From positions 1,736,001 through 1,800,000 of the forward strand of contig SMSO01000025.1 in the NCBI GenBank assembly GCA_004764695.1: a DNA stretch of 64,000 bases, in the 5' to 3' direction. The stretch's first letter is position 1, and each line of letters starts with the position of its first letter. Under the pieces are notes generated by a model that ran no database searches, was not told where the DNA came from, and worked only from the letters and a program-made list of their open reading frames with translations. Made by a program: the position numbers and the translations under genes. Below, in pieces: positions 37,810 to 50,201 of this stretch. The DNA comes from Schizochytrium sp. TIO01. Lineage: Eukaryota > Protista > Bigyra: Labyrinthulomycetes.

Positions 37810-39308
37810 GAATTCCTTTCGTCTCAGTATCTCCCAATCTTATAAAAACTCTAAGAAGTTTGATAAAAGAGAAACCAAAACCTTGCTTCGTCCATATATA
37901 TATATATTCGTTAGCTCCTCGGTGCATTTTCGATCTGCCACTCGACAGCACACGCAGACCCAGCTCCAGATTCGCCTCCGTTGGAAAGGGCCTCCTCCTT
38001 CTGAGGCTCACGTCTTGCGGCCGTTTCCTGCACCTCGAAGATAACAACGTAAACAGACAGTGCCATAGAATTCTGTCTCCTCAAGATCAGCTATAATAAG
38101 AATCTCTCTCTGTACTAAAACACATAAAGAACCCTGCTAAGACGAGCAGTTCAAGTTCCTTTACAAAAGTTTTTAATTTAGAGATTAAATAGAGTAAAAT
38201 GAAATAAAACAAAGCAAATACTATCTATTTATGTTAAAATAATGAATGAATCATTCATTTCATTCTATTGATTATGGGTTTGCAATCTTTTGGATCATTA
38301 GTCGTCTTGGAAAAGCCCAGTTCCTATGAGCGCTCTAGGGATAACTGCTAGTAACGGGCTGTCTCCAAGTACCCCCCGAAGGGGCAGGGAAATAGGCACT
38401 GAGGTCAGCTCACGCAAGACGAAAACAAGAATGCACGAGCGAGTGAATGCATGCACGAAGGTTGAGGAGATATCAAAAGTCGCAGCCAAGTCGACTGCGT
38501 GTGGTCGTGAAAGGTTGACTTAAAGGGCTTAGCGATGTAGCGACGGCAGCCACTGATGGAAAGTACAGTCCTTGACGTACCCATTTGCGAGATGGCGCCC
38601 CCAATTGCTACACAGTGGAAAGTTTTTTAAAATAGAGAATTTATAGAAAGACTCTTATTTTTCAATAGAAAAAAGACTTGGAGTAAAGTAAAGGTCGATT
38701 AAAGAATGACACTAAAACTTGGAGGAAAACAAAAGCAAGAAACTGCAAATCTTCCCCCCTTTGCGAGGACGCATTTCAAGATGATGGATGTGGTCGAGTG
38801 CGCTGTGCGGATGAATGGCCAGGAGATAATCAAGGACAACCTCAAGTAGATGCAACTTTGTTTCTGGTTCTATGGCATGGTGAAGAGAAGGAAAATAAAT
38901 GCTTGGCGAACTTTCTATTTCCAGGGATTGATTGCCTGTGGTACGTACCATATGGAAAGGGAAAGGTCGATGCGATGTACTTAATTTTGAACACAAAAAT
39001 AGGCGAACAAGTAGAATAGATGAAGAGTTACCATGGTAATCTTTACCATGCAGAGGACTACTATAGAACAAGGCAGAATCATGGTATGGAATGCATATAA
39101 GATTTTTTTTGGAGCTTATGGAACAGGATTGAAGTGCGTTGATAACCACTTGAATGCACGCATGGCGAAGAGGAGAGCTACTTCTTTCTTATCACCTACA
39201 TGCTTAGAGGTAAAAAACAGCAGAGCAGAGACTGAGCATAATTGAAAGCGAAGAATTTAATAGCTGCTGTCGAATGCTATTTCAACGCTTCACGATAATT
39301 GATTGCTC

Positions 39309-40664
39309 TTAGTGAGGTGTACCAGTGTACAAACCGTACAGTGATACAAGAAGCTCAAGAGTAATGAGCCAAATAATCATCCACTCGAGGCGCTCGCCCT
39401 TATGAGAATGAATAAGCTCAACCAAAAAGCGCATGTTGCTCTGTAGGTAGTCGGCCTTCATCTCTAAAACAGAGAAGCGGTCGCTGATCTCAAACTCCTC
39501 ACGGAGACCTTCCCATACGACTCCATACTTAGGGTAACGCCAAGCCTCCTTCATGCGGGTGCGATCGAGTACACCAAGCTTGACAATGACCTCATTCAAA
39601 ACAGAGTTACTCTCACGAAGCATTCGGTAGAGCAACTTAGTACGAGAAGGGTTGTATGAATGTGCATTGATGGACTCCTCAGAGTTGGCCTGCTCAAAGC
39701 TCTGAAGCATGCCATCTACAACGCGTTCAAAGTGACCTAGCGCAACAGACTGTCCTAGAACAGAAGCAATTACGCGAATGTTGTTCATATCCATTTTCTG
39801 CACCACAAGACGATTAGACTTGAAAGTGCTCCATGACTCCAAGGTGGGATCCACCTCCACCATGAAATCATCAGCACCGGCAGCACCTCCAGTTTCAAGG
39901 TAGCCCTGGCAAAATTGTTCAGCCTGGGTAATACTCTCAGTTTGGAGTACTTCATCACAGTTGAAGAAGACTACTGCACCATAGTCAAAAAAGACGGCGC
40001 ATGGGTGGCCACCATCGTTACTCTTGTTGATTTGATTGCGGGAATTACCAAAGGTAATTGTAGGTCCTGATTGAGATGCATCCTCACTTTCAGGCATATT
40101 CTGCTCTGATTGTTGATGTTCCTGCTCCCTCTTAGTGGCCTTTTCCGCTTGGCTTGTACGTTGAGGACCAAATGGTCCCAAACCCATCTTTACGCGACTT
40201 CCGGGCGCCGGGTCAGAGGGAGGCGGGGGCGGTGCTGGCGGTGCACCACGAGCTGGAACTCCAGACTCGTCGCTCTCGACCTCTGCGCCATGCCCACGGT
40301 CCCTGCGAAGAGATGATGAAGACGATGAGTTGTTCGCATCCGGCATGCGACCATGCGGAAATGATACGATTAAGCTGTCAACTTCCAGCCAGTTGCGTTG
40401 ACGCCCATACATTTTCTGAAACATGGGCACCACATTGATCTTCTTGGCAATGTAGTACGCACGGACGTTGCCTACACCCTCCGTACGGGGGACCACAAAG
40501 CGTTTGGGATATTGGTTTTCCACATTGTTGTTGTTCTTCTCTGAATAAGCCTCGTACGATTCCAGCGCCGTCGAAAATAAGGAAACAGAGCCCAAGTTCG
40601 CGCCAAACTGCCTGCGGGTGGCGACCCTCGCCAGAGAGCCTAGCCCAGAAGTTGCTGTCCACAT
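39309..40664 (-). CDS. RMND1: RMND1/Rmd1 (DUF155) family protein with mitochondrial-type presequence
   Basis: FFDYGAVVFFN, ASVLGQSVAL, W..P.Y...W..LREEFEISDRF, LEWMIIWLITLE; Arg/Ser-rich N-terminus. Confidence 0.88.
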   Translation of the reverse strand: MWTATSGLGSLARVATRRQFGANLGSVSLFSTALESYEAYSEKNNNNVENQYPKRFVVPRTEGVGNVRAYYIAKKINVVPMFQKMYGRQRNWLEVDSLIVSFPHGRMPDANNSSSSSSLRRDRGHGAEVESDESGVPARGAPPAPPPPPSDPAPGSRVKMGLGPFGPQRTSQAEKATKREQEHQQSEQNMPESEDASQSGPTITFGNSRNQINKSNDGGHPCAVFFDYGAVVFFNCDEVLQTESITQAEQFCQGYLETGGAAGADDFMVEVDPTLESWSTFKSNRLVVQKMDMNNIRVIASVLGQSVALGHFERVVDGMLQSFEQANSEESINAHSYNPSRTKLLYRMLRESNSVLNEVIVKLGVLDRTRMKEAWRYPKYGVVWEGLREEFEISDRFSVLEMKADYLQSNMRFLVELIHSHKGERLEWMIIWLITLELLVSLYGLYTGTPH

Positions 40665-42479
40665 CTTATTGTTTCTTTCTCCAAACTATCTTGGGATGAG
40701 CTTGAGGTATCTGCGAGTCTACGTAGAGGACGCCGCGATATCAAGCAGGATGACAGACAGCTCTGTAGTTGGTCGACGCGGCGTTTCCACCGCAAGCGGC
40801 CCGGTCCCTGCGGCAAGGAGCGGCAAGGAGCGTCCCAAGGGAAAACGAAAGAGGTCGAAGAAGGTCTTGGGCAGGGTCTTACCACCCAGCCTCAGGGAGC
40901 CCGGCCGTGGCGGACTCCTATCGACACTCTGTTCGTGGTCTGCCTGCGATAGCTTATTCGCAGTGCTTTTCCTGCAGTCTTTCTTTTCTCTTCTTTTCTC
41001 TCAATTTTTTATTTTAAATGTGATCTTATGAGTGTTCATAGCAACTCCTAAAACAGGATGTTATTTCATCTGCGCAACGCAAATTGCAATCTCGCGTCTA
41101 CCAACTTTTAACTAAAAAATAAAAAAGAATTGCGGCCCACGAAGAACGTGGCGCAAAGGCTCAAATCTTTGACTGAGCATACTTGCATACGAAACTCCAG
41201 ACAGCCTTGAAGCTCTTTTGCAATTGTCTCAGCAAGCTTGAACTTCAAGATTCAAGGGTCGACCACGCCTAAATTTCCAGCAATCAGAAGGCATTTAGCT
41301 GTGAAATGCAGAGCAATTGTTTGCATTGTTTATATGGATAAATAGCATCTACAAAGGTTGCTCTAAAGACACGCACGGTTCATTTCAGTGGTATAATGGG
41401 AATCGCTGATTAGCTAATTTGAAAGTAATCATAATGAAAAGAAGATGTCTGGGGTATACAGAGCAGACATTACAACCTTGATTGTAGAATCTGACGCATA
41501 TTTGTATTCGACAGCCGAGAACTTTATATAAAATCCTCTGACGACTTGGCGCATAAGCAATGCCATGTCCAGGTGAAACTACCCATGAAATCTAGCCATA
41601 ACAATTTAGAGAGGCCAGGTCCGTGTTGCGTCATTAGACGTTTCTGCCAGTCTTCCTCAAGAGATGGTTTCAGCCTCACGGGTATATTGGGGTGCATCTA
41701 ATAGCCCTTTCCTCAACATCATGTAACTCGCAGGAGCTTCGCCCTCCTGCACATTCACATTGTTCCCAAGCGAGCAAGCAAGCAAGCAAGCCAGCCAGCA
41801 AAACCTTGGCTTGCCGCCTCCGCCATCATTTGCTCCATTCACATTCAGGCGAGCACCAGTGCTCTCAGTATTAGGGAGTCTTTCGGCTTGTGAGGGCAGT
41901 CCTATTGCGCTCCTATAGTTTAGGTTATAAGTTCCCCCCAGAAAGGCAGGCGCCGGTGTAGTCTGATCTGCCCTCGAACAGGATCGAAGGGGCCTCCAAA
42001 TCTCCTTTTACTCTCAGTTCAACCGAGCTAGCACCCCTAGGGGTCTTACCACTGGGGTTAGTGACTCGCGAGGCAGTAGCAAAGTTTACTGTGGAGAAGC
42101 TGAGGAGGCTCACCAGAGAGAGGGAAGGATGGAGGAGTGAGGGGCCTTTGAGGGCGGCTGTGAGGGGGTGTTATAGAGAGAGGCAAAGCTACGTGCAGAA
42201 AGAGAGAGAAAGAGGCAGAACTGCACTGTGAAAGGAGTTCAACCTGAAGAAGTTGCACAACTTGGATTTCCTCATGGGCCAATCGAGGGGTGGGGTTAGC
42301 TCCTCTTCTGATACAAGCTGAGGCGGTTTTTTGTCGTCGTCGTCTCATGGGATACGACATGGAGGATGGGGGTGATTTAACCAATGACTTCAACTTGTAA
42401 ATCATGCTCTTGGACAGGTAGCGAGCGCAAAAGGATGCTTGTGGATGTCTTGCATTTTTTTTTTGGGGGGGGGGCATTT

Positions 42480-42580
42480 GAACACCTTGGATGTTCCGAG
42501 CTTGTCGTCGCATTCGTTGCATGGTTTTGAAGTGCAATCGTCTCGGGAAATGACCAATTACACCAGCGCTTAGACTAGCC
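42480..42580 (-). mobile_element. Decayed tandem CCHC zinc-knuckle relic (retroelement Gag/ORF1-like)
   Basis: With small indels the minus strand reads (C)KR(C)GVIGH(S)RDDC-TSKP-CNECDDKLG...KCP, followed by Ser/Pro-rich sequence. Multiple stops and frameshifts. Confidence 0.4.
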
Positions 42581-42826
42581 ACAACGACACATCATTCGAA
42601 CTGTCTTGGTTTTGATTTGCTGTGTTAACTTGTTGACCATCTGAGAGGTCTCAGATCCAGTTAAAAGGATAACGCACTAGTTTTCCCAGTGCCTAAGAGC
42701 AAACTTGCGGTGAATCTCGGTCGTCCAGCAGGCACGCAAGTCCGGCCTTTTAATGTTGACCCCTCTGCTGATGTCTTTGAAGACAGCGGAGGCGTCTGGA
42801 CAGAGACGCTGGAGATTACCATCCTG

Positions 42827-43086
42827 ACGTTTGGAGTTCTATTTTGGCTTGGCGGAGGGCACTCTGACAAAATCACGACACGGTCAATACTGCGTTGCTT
42901 GCAGCCGCTGGAACGTTTGGAGTTCTATTTTGGCTTGGCGGAGGGCACTCTGACAAAATTACGACACGGTCAATACTGCGTTGCTTGCAGCCGCTGGAAC
43001 GTTTGGAGTTCTATTTTGGCTTGGCGGAGGGCACTCTGACAAAATCACGACACGGTCAATACTGCGTTGCTTGCAGCCGCTGGAAC
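42827..43086. repeat. Tandem repeat, 3 x 86 bp, near-identical
   Basis: Unit ACGTTTGGAGTTCTATTTTGGCTTGGCGGAGGGCACTCTGACAAAAT(C/T)ACGACACGGTCAATACTGCGTTGCTTGCAGCCGCTGGA begins at 42827, 42913 and 42999; one C/T difference. Confidence 0.97.
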
Positions 43087-45500
43087 CGCAGCCATAGATA
43101 CGCCCAGCATCGTCACTTGCATATAGACAATTGCCTACGGGAAGCGCCCGCACCATTTGCTGAGACGCCAGACTTCCGGTTCAAGTGTTTTGCTGGCTTA
43201 TATTGAAGGTTCGCTTCACTTGTAGTGTTTGGAGCTTGGCGGTTCCTTAAGCATGCCATTTTCTTACCTCCCCACCACTTCTTAACAAAGACGTTAATAA
43301 ATACAATATATCATTCTTTATGGAATAGATGCTACCTAACATTTGGAGGTTGTATACGTTCTAAGTACAACGCTCACATTGATGCGGAGGTGCAGAAAAA
43401 GATGCATAGTCGTCGTTCACTTTGACGTATTATATATCGATCGAGACAATTAATCTTGTGTTATTGTGTTGTCTTGCCTTATATCGTAGCGTCTCGGCTA
43501 AAACAAGCTAGAATCACCATCATGATATTAAAATGTAGCTGAGTACCGGCAAGAAAGCAAAGAACGCTCCGAGCAGAATCGCATTATAGACAGGACAGAA
43601 CTTTATCATCGGCAGAGGTTCGCAATACGAAAGATGTGACCTACAAACGAAGGTATCGTCCACTTCTGTATCAAGCTCCTATGCAACGACGAAATAAGAA
43701 TCTCTAATCCACATCAAAATAGATAGACGAAGTCAACATTGGTAGAGAGCGAATGGAGACACCGGGTCCTAGTCACCTCCTTGAGTTAAAGAGATCATAA
43801 AAAGTGGCACGACTATAAACTCTATAATCTGCATGTATTGATTAAATAGTACTTTAAGGGTTTTCGCTTGAGCTTATACTTGAGCTTTTGCTTGATGCAG
43901 GTAAAGGATATTTCATAAAGTTTTGATTGTGGGAGCGATTGCAAGGGTCGTGTTTGTGTCAGCTCGACAGTCTCTCCAGAATGCACTCTCCAACTAATTT
44001 TCCCATTCCGTTGTTGCTCTCGCCACATTTGTGTTGGTAAATATAACTCGAGCAAAACCCTAATGCAAGAGCACGCTTCGTTGCACCAATCGCAGGTGCA
44101 CTCACGATGTCTCAATGGCACGTGTATCGACCTTGCGATGTATGACTTCAAGTGCTTCACAAACTTGTAATACGTTAAACCGCTATGTCCTACTACTGGA
44201 CATTACATCGATCACAAAACTCGACGCAGAGCCGATAAAAGCTGAGCGAGCAGGTTGCAGAGCAGATGGCCTGTCTTCGTCAGTACTTCCGTGTCTCAAC
44301 CTGCAGAGAGTTGTTGTTTCCTCGCAGTGCCTGGTCCTTTGTGCATAATTTGATCACGTCAAACTCCAAAAGGGCTCGTGCACGTTGAGGAAAAGGAAGA
44401 GATCCAGGAGTCCTAGAACGCGCATAGCAAAGTACTAGCACTTGCCGAGGTGTCCAAAAGCGCTTGCTTGGGATCAGACTTTTCCAAGGCAACGCATTGC
44501 AATGTAATGCAATGCAATCAATGCTATCAATGCAATCAATGATGGTGGTTCCTGTCGGCATAAGGCACGGGGATGGTCGCTAAGAGAACTGCTTCTGCGG
44601 CATTAGGGCATAGCCAGAATATGGACGCAGAAGCTGCTCATCAGAAGGGTGCCCAGAGAGTTTAATATACAGCAGGAAGGGGAAGAAGAAGTAAAAGAAG
44701 AAGAAGAAGAAGAAAAAGTTGGTTAGTATAGTTAGTTAGTTACCTTATAAAGGCAGACTGAGAGAGAGAAACAGAGAGAAAGAAGAAAGGGAAAAGAAAG
44801 CGGAAAGAATGGGGAAAGAAATTTTGGGAAATTCACGGAGAGGTTGGAGGAAGTGAGGAGGAAGATGATTCCTCGAAGAGAGGGGCCACTGGCCAAGCAT
44901 AACTCATACGCCAGGCGAGAAATGTAGACTCAGACTCATAAAATTGCAGTGTATGCAGAGTAGGATAAATTGCAGTAGGAAGAGGGGGAGGGAGAGAGGG
45001 TGTCAGAGGGGGAGAGTAAATGTAAAACTGAAGGGGGTTGAGAGGGAGGGAGGCAGAGGGAACGGAGAGAACTTGAAGGAAAGAACCTTTGAGGAAAAGA
45101 TACTAGAGAGAGAAAGCAAACCGGAAACGCGACGAAGTTCGCAGCGTATCATTGACCTTCTGAGCTCATCGAGCCTTCGCGCAGACCTCGAGCTTGCGAC
45201 CTCTGCACCACGCACACGCTTTCCTTGAGGCCACACGAAAGACTGTGCCTGAAGCCGGGACAGAGCCCCTGCAATCGAGGAGACCTTTCCTCCAGACTGC
45301 ACCTCGACAGAACGGTATACTTACAAGTATAAAGATAAGGCGAAGCAAATTTCCAACAATACAGAAGCTTCACTAAGTGACCAAGTGACCAAGAGCAGAA
45401 GAGAAGAAGGACCTGCTTGATAGACGCTTCGCAAGCTGAAGATTGGAGTAGACGTAGATCGATTCTTGTAGACAGCAGTTGATAATTGCGCGTAGGAACA

Positions 45501-46238
45501 ATGTCGCAGAAGAAGAACATCATGGAGGGTGCCATTGAGCCCCTCGACCTCGAGACCCTCAAGACTAAGGTGCACCTGCTGGATCACCCAGTTGCCAAGC
45601 ACAAAATGACGCAACTGCGTCGTAAAGAAACCTCGAGCAAACACTTTCGCGAGCTCATGCATGAGTTGACTTTGTACCTTGGATTCGAAGCAACCAAGGA
45701 CCTCAAGACTAAGCCCTGTGTAGTAGATACCCCGCACGCACGCCATACTGGCGAAGAGGTCGAGACGGAAGTGGGCCTTGTGCCTGTGCTCCGGTCCGGC
45801 TTGGGCATGGTTGATTCTATGCTAGAGATTATCACCACGGCTCAAGTCTTGCACATTGGCATGTACAAAGACAAGAAATCTCTCGTTTCCACACTTTACT
45901 ACAACCGCCTGCCGCGCGTGTGCGCCGTGGACCGCGCTATCATTCTTGAACCCGTAGTCGCCACGGCCGGCACAATCAGTGCCGTCGTAGAAATTCTCAA
46001 GGAGTGGGGTGTCAAGGAAATCCACCTTATTTGCGTTGTGGCATCCCGCCTTGGTCTCACCACTCTTTTGGATGCCCATCCTGATGTCACAGTTCACATT
46101 GCCGCTATCGATGATGCCGTCAATGAGGATGGTGAGATCGTGCCGGGTATTGGCGATGTCGGTGACCGCCTCTTTGGTACTCAGGAGATCTCGCGAGGCA
46201 GTGAGCCGCCTTCTCCCAAGCGCCAGCGCAATGAGTAA
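45501..46238 (+). CDS. UPRT: Uracil phosphoribosyltransferase
   Basis: HP...HKMTQLR....S.HFR, VDTP, LVPVLRSGLGM, HIGMYKD, YYNRLP, LEPVVATAGT, IDD.VNEDGEIVPGIGDVGDRLFGT. ATG at 45501. Confidence 0.95.
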   Translation: MSQKKNIMEGAIEPLDLETLKTKVHLLDHPVAKHKMTQLRRKETSSKHFRELMHELTLYLGFEATKDLKTKPCVVDTPHARHTGEEVETEVGLVPVLRSGLGMVDSMLEIITTAQVLHIGMYKDKKSLVSTLYYNRLPRVCAVDRAIILEPVVATAGTISAVVEILKEWGVKEIHLICVVASRLGLTTLLDAHPDVTVHIAAIDDAVNEDGEIVPGIGDVGDRLFGTQEISRGSEPPSPKRQRNE

Positions 46239-47208
46239 GGGTAGTTTGCAGTCCATGCATTTGTTTTGCACGACTATGCGCTGATTAGATTTCTTCGTTA
46301 GCTTTTCCTGACTATCTTGCTTGTTTAGATGCATGGCCTCATCTTCTACAGACAGAGATCCAACGTATGCACGGGAGTATTATGCATACGCTCTCAAGTC
46401 AGTTGACCCCAGTCATCTCTAAATTTCATTTCTCTCACTTCAGGCGTGACCTTTGTCTATTTCCTGAACACTAGATGGCTGACTCTTTTTCATTCTCATA
46501 TATAACGACTGAATTGTATCCAGAATGCTGTACAACACTATTTATTTTCTTGAAAGATCAACATTCTTGAGATGATGCTGTCTAGTGAAAGCATCACGAT
46601 CCAATTAAAAGAAATAAGCACTCTTGCAAACGACTAAACCCTTCTATTGCTCAATTCATATTGCAAGCTTTTCGAGCTTCATCCTCTTCATTGGAGAATG
46701 CAGAGCATGTATCTGATGCTCAAGGAAAGTTTTTGAAATAATTAGCGCGAGGTTTCAGTTGCCAGACTGCGCACAAGTCAACTTGAGGGTTGGCAGATAA
46801 ATAACAAAGAATAAGACAGAAGAACACATGCATGGTTGCAATAAGTTTAAATCTATGTGAGCTATGGGTGTACCCTCTTTCGCTTTGGTTCACAATTCCA
46901 ACTTGCTTGTTGTAATCTTTCATACTTCTTCCCTCGCAGCTTTTTGCCATCGCTTAAAAGTCAAACCAGCTCACACCAGTGCAAGCAGTTACTTGTGAGG
47001 ATTGTTGAATGTGTGGATAGTACAACATGCAGAATGTTTATTCGAGAACAAAGTGCAAAACTAGAAGCGCATCGATATCCAACGCTTGTTTTCGAAGAAA
47101 ATAGCCTTGTTGCAATGATCATGATAGAAAGAGCCATAACAAACACAGAAGCTGGGTTTGTTGACTGTACAATCTTTCTTTTACAGTAAAATGCAATTTG
47201 GCCACTTC

Positions 47209-47931
47209 TTACACTACCCCTAAAAATCCTCCAAGTACAACTGCGATCAACAAGGGAAGCTTTGCTGGACTAGGGACAAAGAATAATATCGCAAAAAATA
47301 GCATCCAGTTTGTGTAATACATCACAACTGATGGGAGAACAATAAAAAAGAGGAATGCCAAGAGATTTCCAGGAACTCTGTCATAAACTGGTCGCAGGGA
47401 CTCGGGAATTTGCTCACGCATGCTGATTCCGTTGATAACAACTCCATTCCCGCCAAGGCCGCCACTAACAAACGTAAAGCCCCCACCAGGCATTGGGCCG
47501 CCGCGAGTACCAAACTGGGAACCTTGAGCATTGGCGCGCTCCATCTCTCTAAAAAATTCACGAAAGATGTCATGTGGGTCAACTCCAGCCCCAGCAAACG
47601 GGTTTGCACCACCGACTTGAGAGTTGCTGGAAGGGTCACGACCAAACTGTTCATAATGTGCTCTGCTATCAGCATCTCTAAGACACGCGAATGCCGTTGC
47701 GACTCGTTTAAAAGCCTCTTCAGCACCTTCAAGAGAGGTTTTGTCAGGGTGCAATTTAAGTGCAAGTTTTCTGTAAGCCTTTGTCACCTCCTTCTCTGAC
47801 GCAGTTCTCTCAAGTCCAAGCACGACGAAATAGTCCTTTTCCTGTAGGATCTTCTCAATCAGAATCACAGTCTCCTTATCCCCCTCTCGTGTCGCGTTAG
47901 GGGTATTTGTCTTCGTTACAGTTTCCGCCAT
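47209..47931 (-). CDS. Membrane-anchored J-domain co-chaperone (DNAJB12/14-like)
   Basis: DYFVVLG...KAYRKLALKLHPDK...AEEAFKRV..AF.CL.D...R..YEQFG, a G/F-rich region, DPHDIFREFF and C-terminal TM segments. Confidence 0.9.
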   Translation of the reverse strand: MAETVTKTNTPNATREGDKETVILIEKILQEKDYFVVLGLERTASEKEVTKAYRKLALKLHPDKTSLEGAEEAFKRVATAFACLRDADSRAHYEQFGRDPSSNSQVGGANPFAGAGVDPHDIFREFFREMERANAQGSQFGTRGGPMPGGGFTFVSGGLGGNGVVINGISMREQIPESLRPVYDRVPGNLLAFLFFIVLPSVVMYYTNWMLFFAILFFVPSPAKLPLLIAVVLGGFLGVV

Positions 47932-48608
47932 GGTGGCCCGTGCGTCAACTTAGTAGCTGCCTTCGCTTCTACAACTTTCTGATTTTCAAAATAAAACTCT
48001 TCCCAGGTCCTTTCGTGACTATCAAGGCCGAGGCGAGACACTACTCCCTCCTGGACCCTCTTTTGGCAAGTCTTGACTGTCGAGTGAGGTTACGCGTGTT
48101 TGCTGTGCGTTTGCTCTTGAGCCCAAAGAACATTACTTTACAAGCTTTTCATGGTAACATTTTAAAACATCATCTCTTCGAGACGAAGGTAGTATATATC
48201 TACTTAGTACTCTAACACTTGGGCAAACACCGAGTCTTGTGCGCACTCAGTAATCTGTAGTATTGTGCTACTAAGATAGAAAGAAACTAGTATGAGTAGG
48301 GCACTAATACTACTAAACACAGATCAGCAATCAAAGTCCTTTCCGACTCGCTTGCTTGCGAGTCGATTTAGTGCCCCGCAAGAGGCTTCTTTGGCCTTCT
48401 CACTGCTGGCTATTGACTTGGACATTGAAGTTCTCTGTGTTTAGGTCCCTGTAAGAGCTTGGTCTGTTGGAGACCAGCTTGTACGCCACGTAGGCCTACA
48501 GGATTGATTCATAATAGTCGGTCAGCAGCGGCTCCATCGGGCGCCTAGACGACAAGGAGGGATTTACCGTGCAAGTGTAGCTCACTTGCAAACCTAGGAT
48601 AGCCAAAA

Positions 48609-49181
48609 ATGTCGATGGAACCTATGACAGAGCATGATGCCGAGCTCATGACGCTCGATGAGCCGGTGTCGGAGACAATTAAACGCGACTTGAAGATGAT
48701 CGGCGCTAAGCTTAAATATGTTTTCATGCCCACGTCTAAGGCCGAGGAAACCATCGCAGAGCTCCGTAAGTGGGATCTTTGGGGCCCACTTTTGTTTTGC
48801 CTTATTCTTTCCGTCGTGTTGAGTCTTTCAGCATCCGAAGATCAAGGTTCAACTGTATTTGCATGCGTTTTTGTTGTAGTCTGGTGTGGTGCCTTTGTTG
48901 TCACTCTCAATGTTCAGCTTCTTGGTGGCAAAGTTCCCAACTTTCAAAGCGTCTGTGTCCTTGGCTACTGCATCTGCCCACTTGTATTGGCGGCTTGCCT
49001 AGGCATGGCGTGGAGCAACATCTTTTATCGTATTGCATTAGTTATTGCTGGATATGCGTGGGCCATGCGCGCACCCGTTGTTTTTATGATGCAGTTAGTC
49101 TCTGATGAGAAGCGTGCCCTTGCAATCTTCCCTGTAGGTCTCTTCTACTTGATTATCGCGTGGATGATCTTGATTATCTAA
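48609..49181 (+). CDS. YIPF6: Yip1-domain Golgi protein (YIPF6/Yip4-like)
   Basis: TLDEPVSETIKRDL, WDLWGPLLFC, LLGG...FQSVCVLGYCICPL, RALAIFPVGLFY; about 5 TMs. Confidence 0.92.
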   Translation: MSMEPMTEHDAELMTLDEPVSETIKRDLKMIGAKLKYVFMPTSKAEETIAELRKWDLWGPLLFCLILSVVLSLSASEDQGSTVFACVFVVVWCGAFVVTLNVQLLGGKVPNFQSVCVLGYCICPLVLAACLGMAWSNIFYRIALVIAGYAWAMRAPVVFMMQLVSDEKRALAIFPVGLFYLIIAWMILII

Positions 49182-49256
49182 CTCTTGTTGCTCATGGACT
49201 TTTATCATAAAAACAAACACCTGATTATGTTCCCTTATCCTACTTTCTAAAATACG

Positions 49257-50201
49257 CTATACAACTTGCGTTTCTTCTTTTCAGTTTATTGTCTCAGATC
49301 AAAATATGGATATCTTTGGGGGCTCGGCGACGAATGACCACCACTCCAAAGGGTTTTGGATTTAGCAGACCATTCTTGTGTGATCCTTGAAGGTGAAGAA
49401 GATGATACAGACATTACTTAGACACAGAAAGACAAATGAGAAGATGGGGAATGTCACTGCCCTCCTTTTTAGTCAACTGGGTACTCTGTTTTCTCAACGA
49501 TAAGCACTTCAGGGTATTTTTCCAAATGCCCTATGTCCGTTAGTTGATTGCAAAGCGGAAAAGTATCGTTCTGAAAGACGTACCTGTTCAAGACGTATGC
49601 CTTGCCACTGGCGCTTTATAATCTCCGCCACTGAAACGACTTTTTCAACCATTTTCCCTTCCCCTTCGATCATTGTTTTACCCTGTTGTTTTATATCATT
49701 GTAACTAGTGTAAGTCAGTGCAGTTCCTTGCTTTTGGCATGTTTTACTGATGCAGAAGGCCATTACAAACAGTTCTTATTTTGAAAGCCTGGGAGGAATA
49801 GTAAAGCAGTGAAATTGTATGTTTCTTTGCTGTTTCTCAACACAAAAAACAAAATTGCAAATAAACATATTTGATTTCTGGTGCAGGGATGCAAGCTCAA
49901 GAATTCGTTCCATGACTTTTCTTGAACAATTTATTACAAGTGTAACGCGCAATAACCATTTATATTAAGAAGGTATGTTGCGTCCGTTAGACCACTACAA
50001 GGTGAGCAGCCATCAATACTCATTCTTGGATAATTTATGTTGTTGCACAATCATGAATACTCATCCTTGGATAATTTATGCCACCCTGCTCTCTGCTAAT
50101 CGCTCCGCGTCTTTGAGATCCTCTTCACTTACGCTCTCGTCGATCTCCACCTTGGCTCGCTCAACATAGGCCTTGAGGCCAGCTCCGTTGCGTAGCCGCA
50201 T
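49257..50201 (-). CDS. Alba-family nucleic-acid-binding protein (Rpp25/Pop6-like), multi-exon; boundaries uncertain
   Basis: Collinear fragments MRLRNGAGLKAYVERAK (50201), IEGEGKMVEKVVSVAEIIKRQWQGIRLEQ|gtacgt (~49680-49585), ag|STQLTKKE (~49485) and ITQEW...VVIRRRAP (~49385-49320) follow the Alba motif order. Confidence 0.55.

Noticed and set aside
37680-39245. Short ORFs between the RCC1-permease and RMND1
   Set aside because: No motifs; partly derived from microsatellites.
42827-43086. CRISPR array
   Set aside because: Units are contiguous with no unique spacers, there are no cas genes and the context is eukaryotic.
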